From: an uncultured Acidobacteriota bacterium
GTDB taxonomy: Bacteria; Acidobacteriota; Thermoanaerobaculia; Multivoradales; UBA5704
Assembly: GCA_963770895.1 (NCBI GenBank)
Contig: CAVYRF010000002.1
Coordinates: forward strand, 192,001 to 256,000
DNA length: 64,000 bases
Direction of reading: 5' to 3'
Numbering within the stretch: the stretch's first letter is position 1; each line of letters begins with the position of its first letter. The notes under the pieces are model-generated. The model was not told where the DNA came from. It ran no database searches and saw only the letters and a list, made by a program, of their open reading frames with translations. Below are positions 35,918-45,253 of the stretch, in pieces. Both the position numbers and the translations under genes were made by a program.

Positions 35918-36085
35918 ATGCGGACAAGGATCGCCAAGAAGAAGCTATGCCTCACCTGTGAGACGGTGCGCTACCTCGACCAGAACGACCTGGAGCGAGT
36001 GGCGGGCGGCAACGTATCGGACATGACCCATTGCGCCGCCAGCATCTGCATCGGCGTCTGCAACACCAATCTCACCTGCCCATAG
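35918..36085 (+). CDS. Lanthipeptide-like precursor peptide (55 aa; not in the ORF track)
   Basis: AGGAGG RBS. MRTRIAKKKLCLTCETVRYLDQNDLERVAGG-NVSDMTHCAASICIGVCNTNLTCP: KKLxLxxETVRxL leader, GG motif, Ser/Thr/Cys-rich core. Confidence 0.78.
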   Translation: MRTRIAKKKLCLTCETVRYLDQNDLERVAGGNVSDMTHCAASICIGVCNTNLTCP

Positions 36086-36363
36086 GCCAGGTTCCGCCCG
36101 CCGGTGCTACGAGGAAAGCCTGCTGGCGGGCGGCCGGTCGAGCCTGCCGGGGAAACGTTGCTGCCAGCGGTTTCGATTCCCTACTTGATTTGTTTCTTCC
36201 GTACGGGCCACAACCAGCAGCCGGCCATGAGCCGATACGCCGAAAGTGAGGAGGCGATGTTGAAAGCTCCTACGTCGGCCAGGTATTGGGTCGGGTGTAT
36301 TCCACCCGTGCCACCGGCAGCGCGCCGCCGGCGACGATCACCCGGCCGACGCGGGGCCGGCGA

Positions 36364-36693
36364 TTACGGACAGGTGTTGCCCACCAGGCAGAGGTACTGG
36401 TCGTAGCCCTGTATCTGAAAGGTGGTGCCCACCTGGGTGCACTGCTGGGTAATCGTCTGCGTGGTGTCGCAGGTGTCGTCGGTGCCGCAGGCAGTCTCCT
36501 GGCGCAGAAGCTTGACGCTGAGGTTGCTCTGCGCCGCGGTGCAGGTCGAACCGGTGCCGGTCTCGGTCGGTGTCTGGTGCACGGGCGCGCTGCACGAGCA
36601 TGTGGCCGCGGCCGGCGGCGGCACCGCGAAGTGAACGGCAAGGGCGAGGGCGAAGAGTGCGGCGATAAGCCTCACGGTAGACCAGCGAATCAT
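36364..36693 (-). CDS. Secreted Cys/Thr-rich small protein (109 aa, 8 Cys)
   Basis: AAGGA upstream; signal peptide ending PAAA; mature TCSC...TGTGSTC...CGTDDTC...C...YLCLVGNTCP. Confidence 0.72.
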   Translation of the reverse strand: MIRWSTVRLIAALFALALAVHFAVPPPAAATCSCSAPVHQTPTETGTGSTCTAAQSNLSVKLLRQETACGTDDTCDTTQTITQQCTQVGTTFQIQGYDQYLCLVGNTCP

Positions 36694-36999
36694 GACGGGA
36701 TCCTTCCCGAAGGACGCCAGCTCGCATCGGCCCGTCCACTGGCCGGCCGCCCATGCGGTGCGAGAGTTCCTTCGCTTTCTCCTAACTACATGAGTGCTCG
36801 CCGGGCCGCAGTGGTCGCCCGCAGAGCCCGCGCCGGCCATGGGAACTGTCGCCCGTGCGCGGGAAGGGAGCTGGACGCGGCGTGTAACGAAGGGGACGGC
36901 CGTGGCGCCTCACTTGGTTGCTTCCTGGATGCCGGGGAGCGGCGCCCGATCGGCCCCAATGGAGGGGTATGGCACATGGGCGACCTTGAGGAGATGACA

Positions 37000-37140
37000 A
37001 TGAAGAAGCTTGCCCTGAAGCTCAATCGTGAAGTCGTTCGCCAGCTGACGCCCAAGGAAACCCGCGAGGCCGCGGCCGGCTATATCTACCGGTTCAGCGG
37101 CGCCAGCTGCGAGTGCACGCAGATCTGCACGTTCAACTAG
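37000..37140 (+). CDS. Second lanthipeptide-like precursor peptide (46 aa)
   Basis: GAGGAG RBS. MKKLALKLNREVVRQLTPKETREAAAG-YIYRFSGASCECTQICTFN. Confidence 0.72.
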   Translation: MKKLALKLNREVVRQLTPKETREAAAGYIYRFSGASCECTQICTFN

Positions 37141-37246
37141 CACCAGCCGCGATCGCTGCGCCGGCATCTGCCGGCGCAGCATAGTCCTGCTGCTGCGTCA
37201 GCCCCGCCACAGCTGGTTGGGCAGGCCCCGTCGCTTTGCGGAGAGG

Positions 37247-38926
37247 TCAGTTTCCAGCGCTGCCCGCGTGCCCTCTTGGCGGCGCAGGCCTGCCGGGCGG
37301 TGCCGGCAGCTCGGCGAAATAGGCGTCCGGCACACCGTTCCTGCCGTCGGGCCAGACGGCGAAGGCGCGGTTGCCGGCGGCGGTGATGCCGATGAAGTCG
37401 CCGAAGTTGCCGAATTGGGTGCCTTCCTTGTCAAAGGCGACCTTGCACCAGTTGCTGGTTTGGGAGGTGACGCGGACCGGCGCGCCGAAGGTTGCCCCGC
37501 CGTCGGTCGATTGCACCCAATAGACGTCGACCAGGGAGCTGACCCCGCCCTTGCGGGGGCCACCGTCGGTGAGCGGTTCCGTGCAGTCGATGCCGTCAGG
37601 GCCGGCATGCACCGGTTTTTCCTGGCTCTCCATGTACACGACGTCGACCGTGCCGCTTTCGCGGACGGCCACCGAGGGCCAGAAGCGCTTGACGCCGGTC
37701 GGCGGCTCCGGCGGCGCCAGCGGCTGCGGCGCGCTCCAGGTGGCGCCGCGATCGTCGGAGTACAGGAGGTAGGCTTGCGTCGACACCACGCGCTGCTCGG
37801 TGTACGGCGACGCGACCTCGCGCGCCGCGGCGGCATAGGTGACGTAGATGCGCCCGTTGCCGCCGACGGCCAGGCGCGGCCCGTCGTTGATGACGTACTT
37901 GCTGTAGCCGACCGGCGGGTCCTCGCGCATCGAGTTGATCTTGACCAGGTCCTGCGGCGCGCTGAAGGTGCTGCCGCCGTCGAGCGAGCGCGCGAAGCGG
38001 ACGCTCAGCGTGCGATTGGTCTTGACCGGGAAATAGGGATCGATGACCTTGGGGCCGAACTGCCAGGCCACGTAGATCTCGCCGTGCGGTCCCAGGCCGC
38101 CGGTCGATTGCACCTGGTAGGTGCCGTCGCTGCCGCAGCGGGGGTCTCTGGGGTTGACCGTATCGAGGGTGTCGTCGGGGCCGACGATCACCGGCCCTTC
38201 CCACGTCCTGCCTTCGTCGGCGCTGCGCAGCATCTCGATCTGGCCCGACGAGGTGCCCGGCTGGTTGCAGACGCCGCGCAGGTTGCTGAGCGTCACGTAG
38301 ACCTTGCCGCTGCCATCCTTGGCCGCAAAGAGGCTGGGGCTGCGCAGCAGGTCCTGCGCTCGGTGCGGCGAGAAGGGATGCTGATCGCTCCAGCTGAACA
38401 CGCCGTCCTTGAAGCGCCCGCGGTAGAACACCAGCCCGACCTGGCCCGAGCCGCCCGGCGTGGTGTCCGTGGCGGTCGCCGCCGTCGAGCGGGCCCGGCT
38501 GACCAGGAAAAACGTCTGGTTGTCGACGCCACCGCGGTCGAGCCAGGGGTGGCCCGAGGTCATTACGCTGCCGGGCAGGAAGGGCGGTCCGGCGTCGGTC
38601 CAGGTGCGCCCGCCGTCTGCCGAGGTGCCGACCGCCGAGATGCCCGGCGCTTGCGGCGGCGTGCAGGCGGCGCCGAACGGCTTGCCGCAGGTTCCCTGCA
38701 GGGTTTCCCAGGCGGCGACCAGCAGCGTTCCCGTCGGGTCGGCGGCGATCGCCTCCCCCGGCCGGCCGAGCCGTCCGTTGGGCATCGCTGCCTGCGATGC
38801 GTTCATGCGTCGATTGGCGATCGCCGGCGCCGGCGATCCGGCCTGCACGACCGTGATCGCCAGCAGGGTGTAGCCCGCCCAGCCGGCGAAAATCCTTTTC
38901 ATCGTTACAGGCTTGTCGTTAGTCAT
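37247..38926 (-). CDS. Secreted BNR/Asp-box (sialidase-like beta-propeller) protein
   Basis: Five Asp-boxes (SADGGRTW, SADEGRTW, SLDGGSTF, SDDRGATW, STDGGATF); C-terminal FGDFIGI..AVWPDGR. Confidence 0.85.
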   Translation of the reverse strand: MTNDKPVTMKRIFAGWAGYTLLAITVVQAGSPAPAIANRRMNASQAAMPNGRLGRPGEAIAADPTGTLLVAAWETLQGTCGKPFGAACTPPQAPGISAVGTSADGGRTWTDAGPPFLPGSVMTSGHPWLDRGGVDNQTFFLVSRARSTAATATDTTPGGSGQVGLVFYRGRFKDGVFSWSDQHPFSPHRAQDLLRSPSLFAAKDGSGKVYVTLSNLRGVCNQPGTSSGQIEMLRSADEGRTWEGPVIVGPDDTLDTVNPRDPRCGSDGTYQVQSTGGLGPHGEIYVAWQFGPKVIDPYFPVKTNRTLSVRFARSLDGGSTFSAPQDLVKINSMREDPPVGYSKYVINDGPRLAVGGNGRIYVTYAAAAREVASPYTEQRVVSTQAYLLYSDDRGATWSAPQPLAPPEPPTGVKRFWPSVAVRESGTVDVVYMESQEKPVHAGPDGIDCTEPLTDGGPRKGGVSSLVDVYWVQSTDGGATFGAPVRVTSQTSNWCKVAFDKEGTQFGNFGDFIGITAAGNRAFAVWPDGRNGVPDAYFAELPAPPGRPAPPRGHAGSAGN

Positions 38927-39131
38927 GAATCGCCCCTCGGCGGCCGCTGCGCGCTTGTGTAAAATTCGGTCGCGAGTATAGTTTGACAAGCTTGTCTTGA
39001 GAAGAAGTGTGCGCCGCCGCTCCTGCGCCGCGCGTCCCTGCAATCCACGAAAAACGGTGGAAGCTCGTCGCTCGCCACCCTGAGGTCTACTGCATGGAGC
39101 CCGAGGCAAAGACGGGACGGCCACAAGCGTG

Positions 39132-41279
39132 ATGAATTCCACCCCACCGAGACAACGCGCCGGCACTGCCGCGCTGCAGCTGCGCCAGGCGGTCCGCGGG
39201 GGCTCGTTTGCCAATGTCGCGGCGCTGGCCCTTGGCATGGCCTTGTTGCTGCTCATCCTGCTTTTCCTGCGGGCCGAGCTGAGCTACGACCGGATGCATG
39301 AGAACGCCGATCGCATCGCTCGCGTGACCGCGGGCTTCAAGCTGCGCGGCGAGCCGATGCGGTACGGGGCTTTGACGCCCCTGATCCTGGCGGAGACGCT
39401 CAAGCGGGAATGGCCGGAAGTCGCCGAGGCCGGCCGCATCATGCCCTACCTCGAAGGCACCGCCGCGGGCAAGGTGGCCGTTCGGCTGGGGCGCGACAAA
39501 CAGTCCTACGAATATTTCTCCTGGGCCGACCCCAGCATCTTGCGGATCTTCACCTTTCCCTTCGTCGCGGGCGATCCACGGACGGCCCTCGCCCTTCCGA
39601 ACACGGTGATCCTCAGCGAATCGGTCGCGCGCAGCATCTTCGGCGCCGCACCGGCGGTCGGCCGGACGCTGCAAATCGACAGCGGCTTCACCGACGAATC
39701 CTACAGGGTCACGGGAGTGTTCAAGGACCTCCCCTTCAACTCTCATTTCCACGTCCACATCCTGGCTTCCTTCTCAAGCCTCGATCACGTCAAGGACCCG
39801 CGCATCATCCGCGACGATTTTTGGGTGACCGATACCTATACCTACGTCCTGCTCGCCAAGGGCGTGCCTGCCGAACGGGTGCGCGCCAAGCTTCCGGCCT
39901 TCATCGCCAAGCACTACGAGAAGGTCGAGGGCACCGAGGCGACGCTCTACGTGCAGAGCCTGGGCGACATTCACCTGGGATCGCACCAGCTCTTCGAGTT
40001 CGAGGCCAACGGCGACCGCAGGAACGTCCAGATCCTGGCGGGCGCCGCGGCCGCCGCCCTGCTCCTGCTGTGTCTCAACTTCATGACCCTGTCGACCGCG
40101 CGCTACGCCGGCGGGGCGCCGCCGGGCGCCCTCACGCCCGCCCTGGGAACCGACCGGCGGCAGCTGTGGAAGCGGCTCTTCGGCCGCTCCCTGATCCTGG
40201 CCGGCATCGCGCTGTGCCTGGCCCTGGCCCTGGTCAAGCTGACCCTGCCGGCGCTCGATGCGCTGGTCGGCCTGCCGGTCGCGCTGCCACTCGGTCCCGC
40301 CGCCTGGGACTGCGGCATCGCGCTCGCCCTGGTCGTGGTCCCCAGCCTGCTCGCGGCCGGGTATGCGACCGCCCGCCTCTCGGCCGCGAGCCCGCCCGCG
40401 AACGGCACCGGCGCGGCGGCTTCGCGCGGCAGGGTCTTGCGCCAGGTGGTGGCCGGCTTGCAGGTCGCCATCGGCGTGGCGCTGCTGGTCGCCGCCGGCA
40501 TGGTGCACCACAACCTGTATGTCATGCACACGGTCGATCTCGGTTTCGACATGGAGCATGTGATCGTCGTGCCCATCCGGGACGTCGCACTGCGCGACCG
40601 TTACGCCGACCTGAAAACCGCGATGGAGCGCAATCCGGACGTGCTCGGCACCACCTTTTCGTCCATCGTGCTGGGCCAGCAGCCGCCGGTCGTCGGCAGC
40701 TGGCTGAAGGGCGTGAAGAGCATGAAGGAGCTGGACACACTGGTGGCCGACACCGACTTCGTCAAGGTGCTCCGCCTCCGCGTCCTGGCCGGGCGCGCGT
40801 TTTCGCCGCAAGTGGCGAGCGATCCAAAGGCGGGGTTCATCATCAACGAAGCCACCATGCGGCTGTGGGGTCTGCAGTCGCCACAGGAGTGCCTGGGCAG
40901 GATCTTGCTGTGGAACTCGCAGAAGAAAGGGACCGTCGTGGGCGTCGTGCGCGACTTTCACTATCAGCCGCCCCCGCTCGCCGTCGAGCCGCTGGTGCTG
41001 CACATCCGGCCGCTCGCTTTCCGCTACATGTACATCCGGATCGCGCCGCAGCACACGGCGGCGACCCTGCAAGCCCTGGGCGACACCTGGCGCGGCATGG
41101 TGTCGGACAAACCCTTCGAGTTTTCCTTCCTGGCCGACGACTACAACCGCGCCTACCACGGCGAGGAGACGCTGGGCCGCCTGCTCGGCCTGGCTGCCGT
41201 GATCGTCCTGGTCATCGCCGGCCTTGCCGGCCTTGCCCTCTGCGGCCGGCGCGGCTTCAGTCGATCCGCAGCGCGGTGA
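39132..41279 (+). CDS. MacB/FtsX-type permease, degenerate and C-terminally truncated
   Basis: ELSYDR.H.NADRI.R, ADPSI..IFTFPF..GD..TAL..PN.V.LSES, L.DIHL.S, DLGFD.E.V, VVGVV.DFH, PFEF.FL. Lacks the final RTKEIGIRK.LGA segment and the last transmembrane helices; overlaps the convergent gene. Confidence 0.75.
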   Translation: MNSTPPRQRAGTAALQLRQAVRGGSFANVAALALGMALLLLILLFLRAELSYDRMHENADRIARVTAGFKLRGEPMRYGALTPLILAETLKREWPEVAEAGRIMPYLEGTAAGKVAVRLGRDKQSYEYFSWADPSILRIFTFPFVAGDPRTALALPNTVILSESVARSIFGAAPAVGRTLQIDSGFTDESYRVTGVFKDLPFNSHFHVHILASFSSLDHVKDPRIIRDDFWVTDTYTYVLLAKGVPAERVRAKLPAFIAKHYEKVEGTEATLYVQSLGDIHLGSHQLFEFEANGDRRNVQILAGAAAAALLLLCLNFMTLSTARYAGGAPPGALTPALGTDRRQLWKRLFGRSLILAGIALCLALALVKLTLPALDALVGLPVALPLGPAAWDCGIALALVVVPSLLAAGYATARLSAASPPANGTGAAASRGRVLRQVVAGLQVAIGVALLVAAGMVHHNLYVMHTVDLGFDMEHVIVVPIRDVALRDRYADLKTAMERNPDVLGTTFSSIVLGQQPPVVGSWLKGVKSMKELDTLVADTDFVKVLRLRVLAGRAFSPQVASDPKAGFIINEATMRLWGLQSPQECLGRILLWNSQKKGTVVGVVRDFHYQPPPLAVEPLVLHIRPLAFRYMYIRIAPQHTAATLQALGDTWRGMVSDKPFEFSFLADDYNRAYHGEETLGRLLGLAAVIVLVIAGLAGLALCGRRGFSRSAAR

Positions 41280-43734
41280 CCGGCTGGATGCGCGTCGCCT
41301 TCCTGCCGGGAAGCCAGGTCGCGACGAGCACGGTCAGGATGAGGCCCAGGGAGACGCCCACGAAGGTGAGCGGATCGATCGCCGAAACCCCGTACAGCAG
41401 CGACGCCATGACGCGCGTCATGGCGAAGGCCGCGACGATGCCGCACAGCACGCCGGCGCCCGCCAAGCGGCCGGCTTCCAGCACCACCATGCGCAGGACG
41501 CTGCCGCGCTCGGCGCCGAGCGCCATGCGGATACCCAGCTCGCGCGTCCTCTGGGAGATGGAGTACGAGGTGACGCCGTAGATGCCGATGATCGCGAGCA
41601 CCAGGGCCAGGCCGGCGAAGAGGCCGAGCAGCATGACGCTGAAGCGGGGTTTGTCCACCGAGGCGGCGACCATCTGATCGAGGGTGCGGATGCGCGAAAC
41701 CGGCTGGCTTGGGTCCACCTCGTGCACGGCGGCGCGCACTTCCGGGATCACGGACAGGGGGTCGCCCGCGGTGTGCATGACGATGCGCATCAGGAAGCCG
41801 ACCAGAACGGGGGTCTGCGACGGCACCATGTACATTTGCGATTGCAGGTCGCCCAGCAGGCCTGCCTCGCGAACGCTGCCCACCACTCCGACGATGGTGT
41901 AGTGATAGGCGGCCTTCTTGCCCAGCAGGAGACGCTTGCCGATGGGATCTTCGCCCGCCAGGTAGGTGCGGGCCATGGTTTCGTCGATCAGCGCCACCTT
42001 CTGCGAGTCCGCCGTGTCGGAGGCGGTGAAGAACCTGCCGCGCAGCAGCGGGATCCCCATCATCTCGAAGTAGCCGGGAGCCGCCGAGCGCTGCAGCGCC
42101 TGCTGGCCGACGGCCTGGTCCGGCACCGCGGTCTTCGGTGCCTCTCCTTCGATGGTGAAGCCTCGGAATCCCCCATCGCCGTCCATCGGCAGGTCGGAGG
42201 TGACGGCGGCGGCGGTGATGCCGGGCAGCACCCGCAGCTTGTCCACGACGCGCTGGAGAAACGGCAGCCGCTGCGCCATCGGATAGCGGTCCGTCGGCAT
42301 GGCGAACTCGATGGTGAGCAGGTGCGCGGGGCGGAAGCCGGGGTTGACGTCCAGCAGGTGGATGAAGCTGCGCATCAGCAGGCCGGCGCCGATCAGCAGC
42401 AGCGTCGCCAACGCGACCTCCGCCGCCACCAGGACGTTGCGCATGCGGTGGCTTGCCGCCGTGCCGGCGCCGGCGCGCGTGCCCTCGCGCAGCGATCCGG
42501 CCAGGTCCTGGCGAGTCAGCTGCAGAGCGGGAGCCAGGCCGGCCAGCAAGCTTGCCACGAGGCAGAGAGCGGCGGTGAAGACGATCGCCCGGGCGTTCAG
42601 CGAGAAGCCGCCGACGACCGCCAGGCCGACTGGAATGGAGGCTGAAAAGGTGCGCAGGGCGACCTCGGCGAAGACGACGCCGAGCGCTCCGCCCAGGAGC
42701 GCCAGCAGCCCGCTTTCGGTCAGCAGCTGGGAGATCAGCTGGCCGCGGCTTGCCCCCATCGCCATGCGCACGGCGATCTCCTTCTGGCGCGACGCGGCGC
42801 GGGCAAGCAGCAGGTTGGCGACGTTGGCGCAGGCGATCAGCAGCACCAATCCGACCGCCGCCCAGAGCACGATGAGCGCGGTGCGCAGGTGGCCCCGCAT
42901 CTGCTCGAGCAAGGGCTGGAGGCTGACGGTCCAGCCGCCGTCCGTCTTGGGGTAGAGAGCGGCCAGCTGCGCGCAGTGGGCCTTGAGCTCCGCCTCCGCC
43001 GCCGCCATCGTCACGCCCGGACGCAGGCGCCCGATCACCACGTCGTAACGGGTGTCGCGGTCCTGCCTGGCATCGGCGGTGAGCGAAGTCGGCGCCCAGA
43101 CGTCGGTCTCCGGCGTGAAGCCATACGGGCCGGGGATCTCGAAGCCGCCGAGCGGGAAGGTGAAGCGCGGCGGCATCACCCCCACCACGGTGTAGGGATT
43201 GCCGCCCAGGTTGATGACCCGGCCGATGACGCCGCGATCGCTGCCGAAGCGGTGCTGCCAGAGCGCGTACGAAAGCACCGCCGTGTTGGGCTTGCCGAAG
43301 TTGTCGTCGCCGGGATCGATGGTGCGGCCCAGGGCGGCGGACGCGCCGAGCACGCTGAAGAAGCCGCCGGTGACGCGGGTGACGCCGAGCTCCACGGGCT
43401 CACCCTGGCCGGTCAGGGCCTGGCGGTCGGACTGCATCATGCCCAGGCGTTCGAAAGAGCGGCTGTCCTGCTGAAAGTCATAGAACAGGGCGTCGGAGGC
43501 CGGCCCCTTCACCCCCAGGCCTTCGGTGCCCGGCAACGTCGAATTGGCAGCCCAGACGATCACCAGCCGGGCAGGATCGCGGAACGGCGGCGGGGTAATC
43601 AGGGTCGCGTCGACGATGCTGAAAATCGCCGAGTTGGCGCCGACGCCCAGGGCCAAGGTGAGAATGGCGGCGAATGCAAGTTCCTGCCGCAGGTTGCGAA
43701 CGGCGAGACGCAGGTTATGGACAAATTGGCTCAT
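41257..43734 (-). CDS. ADOP-family duplicated permease
   Basis: LTLALGVGANSAIFSIV, LLIACANVANLLLARA..RQKEIAVR.A.GA, QRTRELGIRMALGA, LPGRKATRIQP..ALR. Confidence 0.93.
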   Translation of the reverse strand: MSQFVHNLRLAVRNLRQELAFAAILTLALGVGANSAIFSIVDATLITPPPFRDPARLVIVWAANSTLPGTEGLGVKGPASDALFYDFQQDSRSFERLGMMQSDRQALTGQGEPVELGVTRVTGGFFSVLGASAALGRTIDPGDDNFGKPNTAVLSYALWQHRFGSDRGVIGRVINLGGNPYTVVGVMPPRFTFPLGGFEIPGPYGFTPETDVWAPTSLTADARQDRDTRYDVVIGRLRPGVTMAAAEAELKAHCAQLAALYPKTDGGWTVSLQPLLEQMRGHLRTALIVLWAAVGLVLLIACANVANLLLARAASRQKEIAVRMAMGASRGQLISQLLTESGLLALLGGALGVVFAEVALRTFSASIPVGLAVVGGFSLNARAIVFTAALCLVASLLAGLAPALQLTRQDLAGSLREGTRAGAGTAASHRMRNVLVAAEVALATLLLIGAGLLMRSFIHLLDVNPGFRPAHLLTIEFAMPTDRYPMAQRLPFLQRVVDKLRVLPGITAAAVTSDLPMDGDGGFRGFTIEGEAPKTAVPDQAVGQQALQRSAAPGYFEMMGIPLLRGRFFTASDTADSQKVALIDETMARTYLAGEDPIGKRLLLGKKAAYHYTIVGVVGSVREAGLLGDLQSQMYMVPSQTPVLVGFLMRIVMHTAGDPLSVIPEVRAAVHEVDPSQPVSRIRTLDQMVAASVDKPRFSVMLLGLFAGLALVLAIIGIYGVTSYSISQRTRELGIRMALGAERGSVLRMVVLEAGRLAGAGVLCGIVAAFAMTRVMASLLYGVSAIDPLTFVGVSLGLILTVLVATWLPGRKATRIQPVTALRID

Positions 43735-43920
43735 GGCTTCGGGCCGCGTGGCAGCCGCTATCCTCCGATGTCCTCCGGCAATCCTGGGACTGGATTTGAT
43801 CACCTGAAAACTGCCGCAGGCTATCATGATACATCGCTCTGTGAAGGCCGCAGGACATTGAATTCAGGGGTCTTTGTGGGATAGTATTTGCACTCTCAAT
43901 CGCCAAGGAGAACCCTGCTC

Positions 43921-45246
43921 TTGGAACCCTTCGATACGCTCGAATCCGAGGTCCGTTCGTACTGCCGGCTGTTCCCGTCCGTGTTCGAGCGGGCCGTCGG
44001 CTCCCACCTTTTCGACGAATCCGGAAAGGATTATATCGACTTCTTCAGCGGTGCGGGAACGCTCAATTACGGACATAACAACCCGGTTCTCAAAGAACAC
44101 CTTATTGACTACATTCGCCGCGACGGCATCGCCCATGCGCTCGACATGGCGACGACCGCCAAGCGGGCGCTGCTCGATCGGTTCCAGCGGGTGATCCTCG
44201 AGCCGCGGGGGTTGCGCTACAAGGTCCAGTTCCCCGGTCCCACCGGAACCAACGCCGTCGAGGCCGCGCTGAAGCTGGCGCGCAAGGTGACGGGCCGCAC
44301 GCACGTGCTCTATTTCAACAACGCCTATCACGGGTTGACGCTGGGGGCGCTGGCCGTCACCGGCAGCACCTCGAAACGCCGGGCCGCAGGCGTACCGCTG
44401 CCGAACACCACCCCGCTGCCCTTCGACGGCGACCTGGGAGAGCAGGATACGGTCGAGTACCTGCGGGGCCTGCTGGAAAACCCGTCGAGCGGCATCGATC
44501 TCCCCGCCGCGGTCATCGTCGAGACCGTGCAGGCGGAGGGCGGTGTCCGCGCAGCCGGCTTCGACTGGCTGCAGCGGCTCGCCGCGCTCCTGCAGCGGCA
44601 CGGCATCCTGCTGATCGTGGACGACATCCAGGTGGGGTGCGGGCGCACCGGCACGTTCTTCAGCTTCGAGCCCGCCGGCGTGGTTCCTGACATCGTCTGC
44701 CTGTCCAAATCCATCAGCGGCTTCGGCCTCCCCATGGCCCTTGTCCTGCTGCGTCCCGAGCTGGACGTCTGGAAGCCGGGGGAGCACACCGGGACGTTTC
44801 GCGGCAACAACCTGGCGTTCGTCACGGCCGCGGCGGCCCTCGACTACTGGCAGGACGACTCCTTCAGCCGCGACGTCCTCCGCAAGGCGGGCCTCCTGCG
44901 CCGCCGGTTGGAGGAGATCACCGCGCGCCACTCCGACATCTGCGGGCCGGTGCGCGGCAGGGGCCTCATCCAGGGCCTGGCCCTGGAGGTCGACGGGCTC
45001 GGCACCCAGGTGGCCAGGGGCGCTTTCCAACGCGGGCTGATCATGGAACCGGTGGGCCCCAGGGACGAGGTCCTGAAAATCCTGCCGCCTCTGGTCATCG
45101 AGGATGCCGAGCTGCTGCAGGGGCTGGACATCCTCGCGGAAGCCCTGGCTGAGGCCGTCGAGGCAATCGAAGCCGCCGAGTCGGCCGGCGGCAGCTTGGT
45201 GGAGCGGGGAGCGCGGCAGGCGATCTCGCCCCCGGCCGGCCCTTAG
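43921..45246 (+). CDS. ectB: Diaminobutyrate--2-oxoglutarate transaminase (EctB/Dat-like, class III PLP)
   Basis: TTG start after AAGGAG. ESEVRSYCR.FP, IDFFSGAGTLNYGHN, QFPGPTGTNAVEAALKLARK, IVETVQAEGG, DDIQVGCGRTG.FFSFE, LSKSISG, PGEHTGTFRGNN. Confidence 0.93.
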   Translation: MEPFDTLESEVRSYCRLFPSVFERAVGSHLFDESGKDYIDFFSGAGTLNYGHNNPVLKEHLIDYIRRDGIAHALDMATTAKRALLDRFQRVILEPRGLRYKVQFPGPTGTNAVEAALKLARKVTGRTHVLYFNNAYHGLTLGALAVTGSTSKRRAAGVPLPNTTPLPFDGDLGEQDTVEYLRGLLENPSSGIDLPAAVIVETVQAEGGVRAAGFDWLQRLAALLQRHGILLIVDDIQVGCGRTGTFFSFEPAGVVPDIVCLSKSISGFGLPMALVLLRPELDVWKPGEHTGTFRGNNLAFVTAAAALDYWQDDSFSRDVLRKAGLLRRRLEEITARHSDICGPVRGRGLIQGLALEVDGLGTQVARGAFQRGLIMEPVGPRDEVLKILPPLVIEDAELLQGLDILAEALAEAVEAIEAAESAGGSLVERGARQAISPPAGP

Positions 45247-45253
45247 CCCCACC

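Noticed and set aside
36258-36406. Short ORF MLKAPTSARYWVGC... after a GAGGAGG
   Set aside because: Runs antisense into the Cys-rich gene and has no leader or family features; at most a remnant.
43921-45246. Ectoine biosynthesis cluster
   Set aside because: No ectA, ectC or ectD nearby; NRPS precursor supply explains it better.
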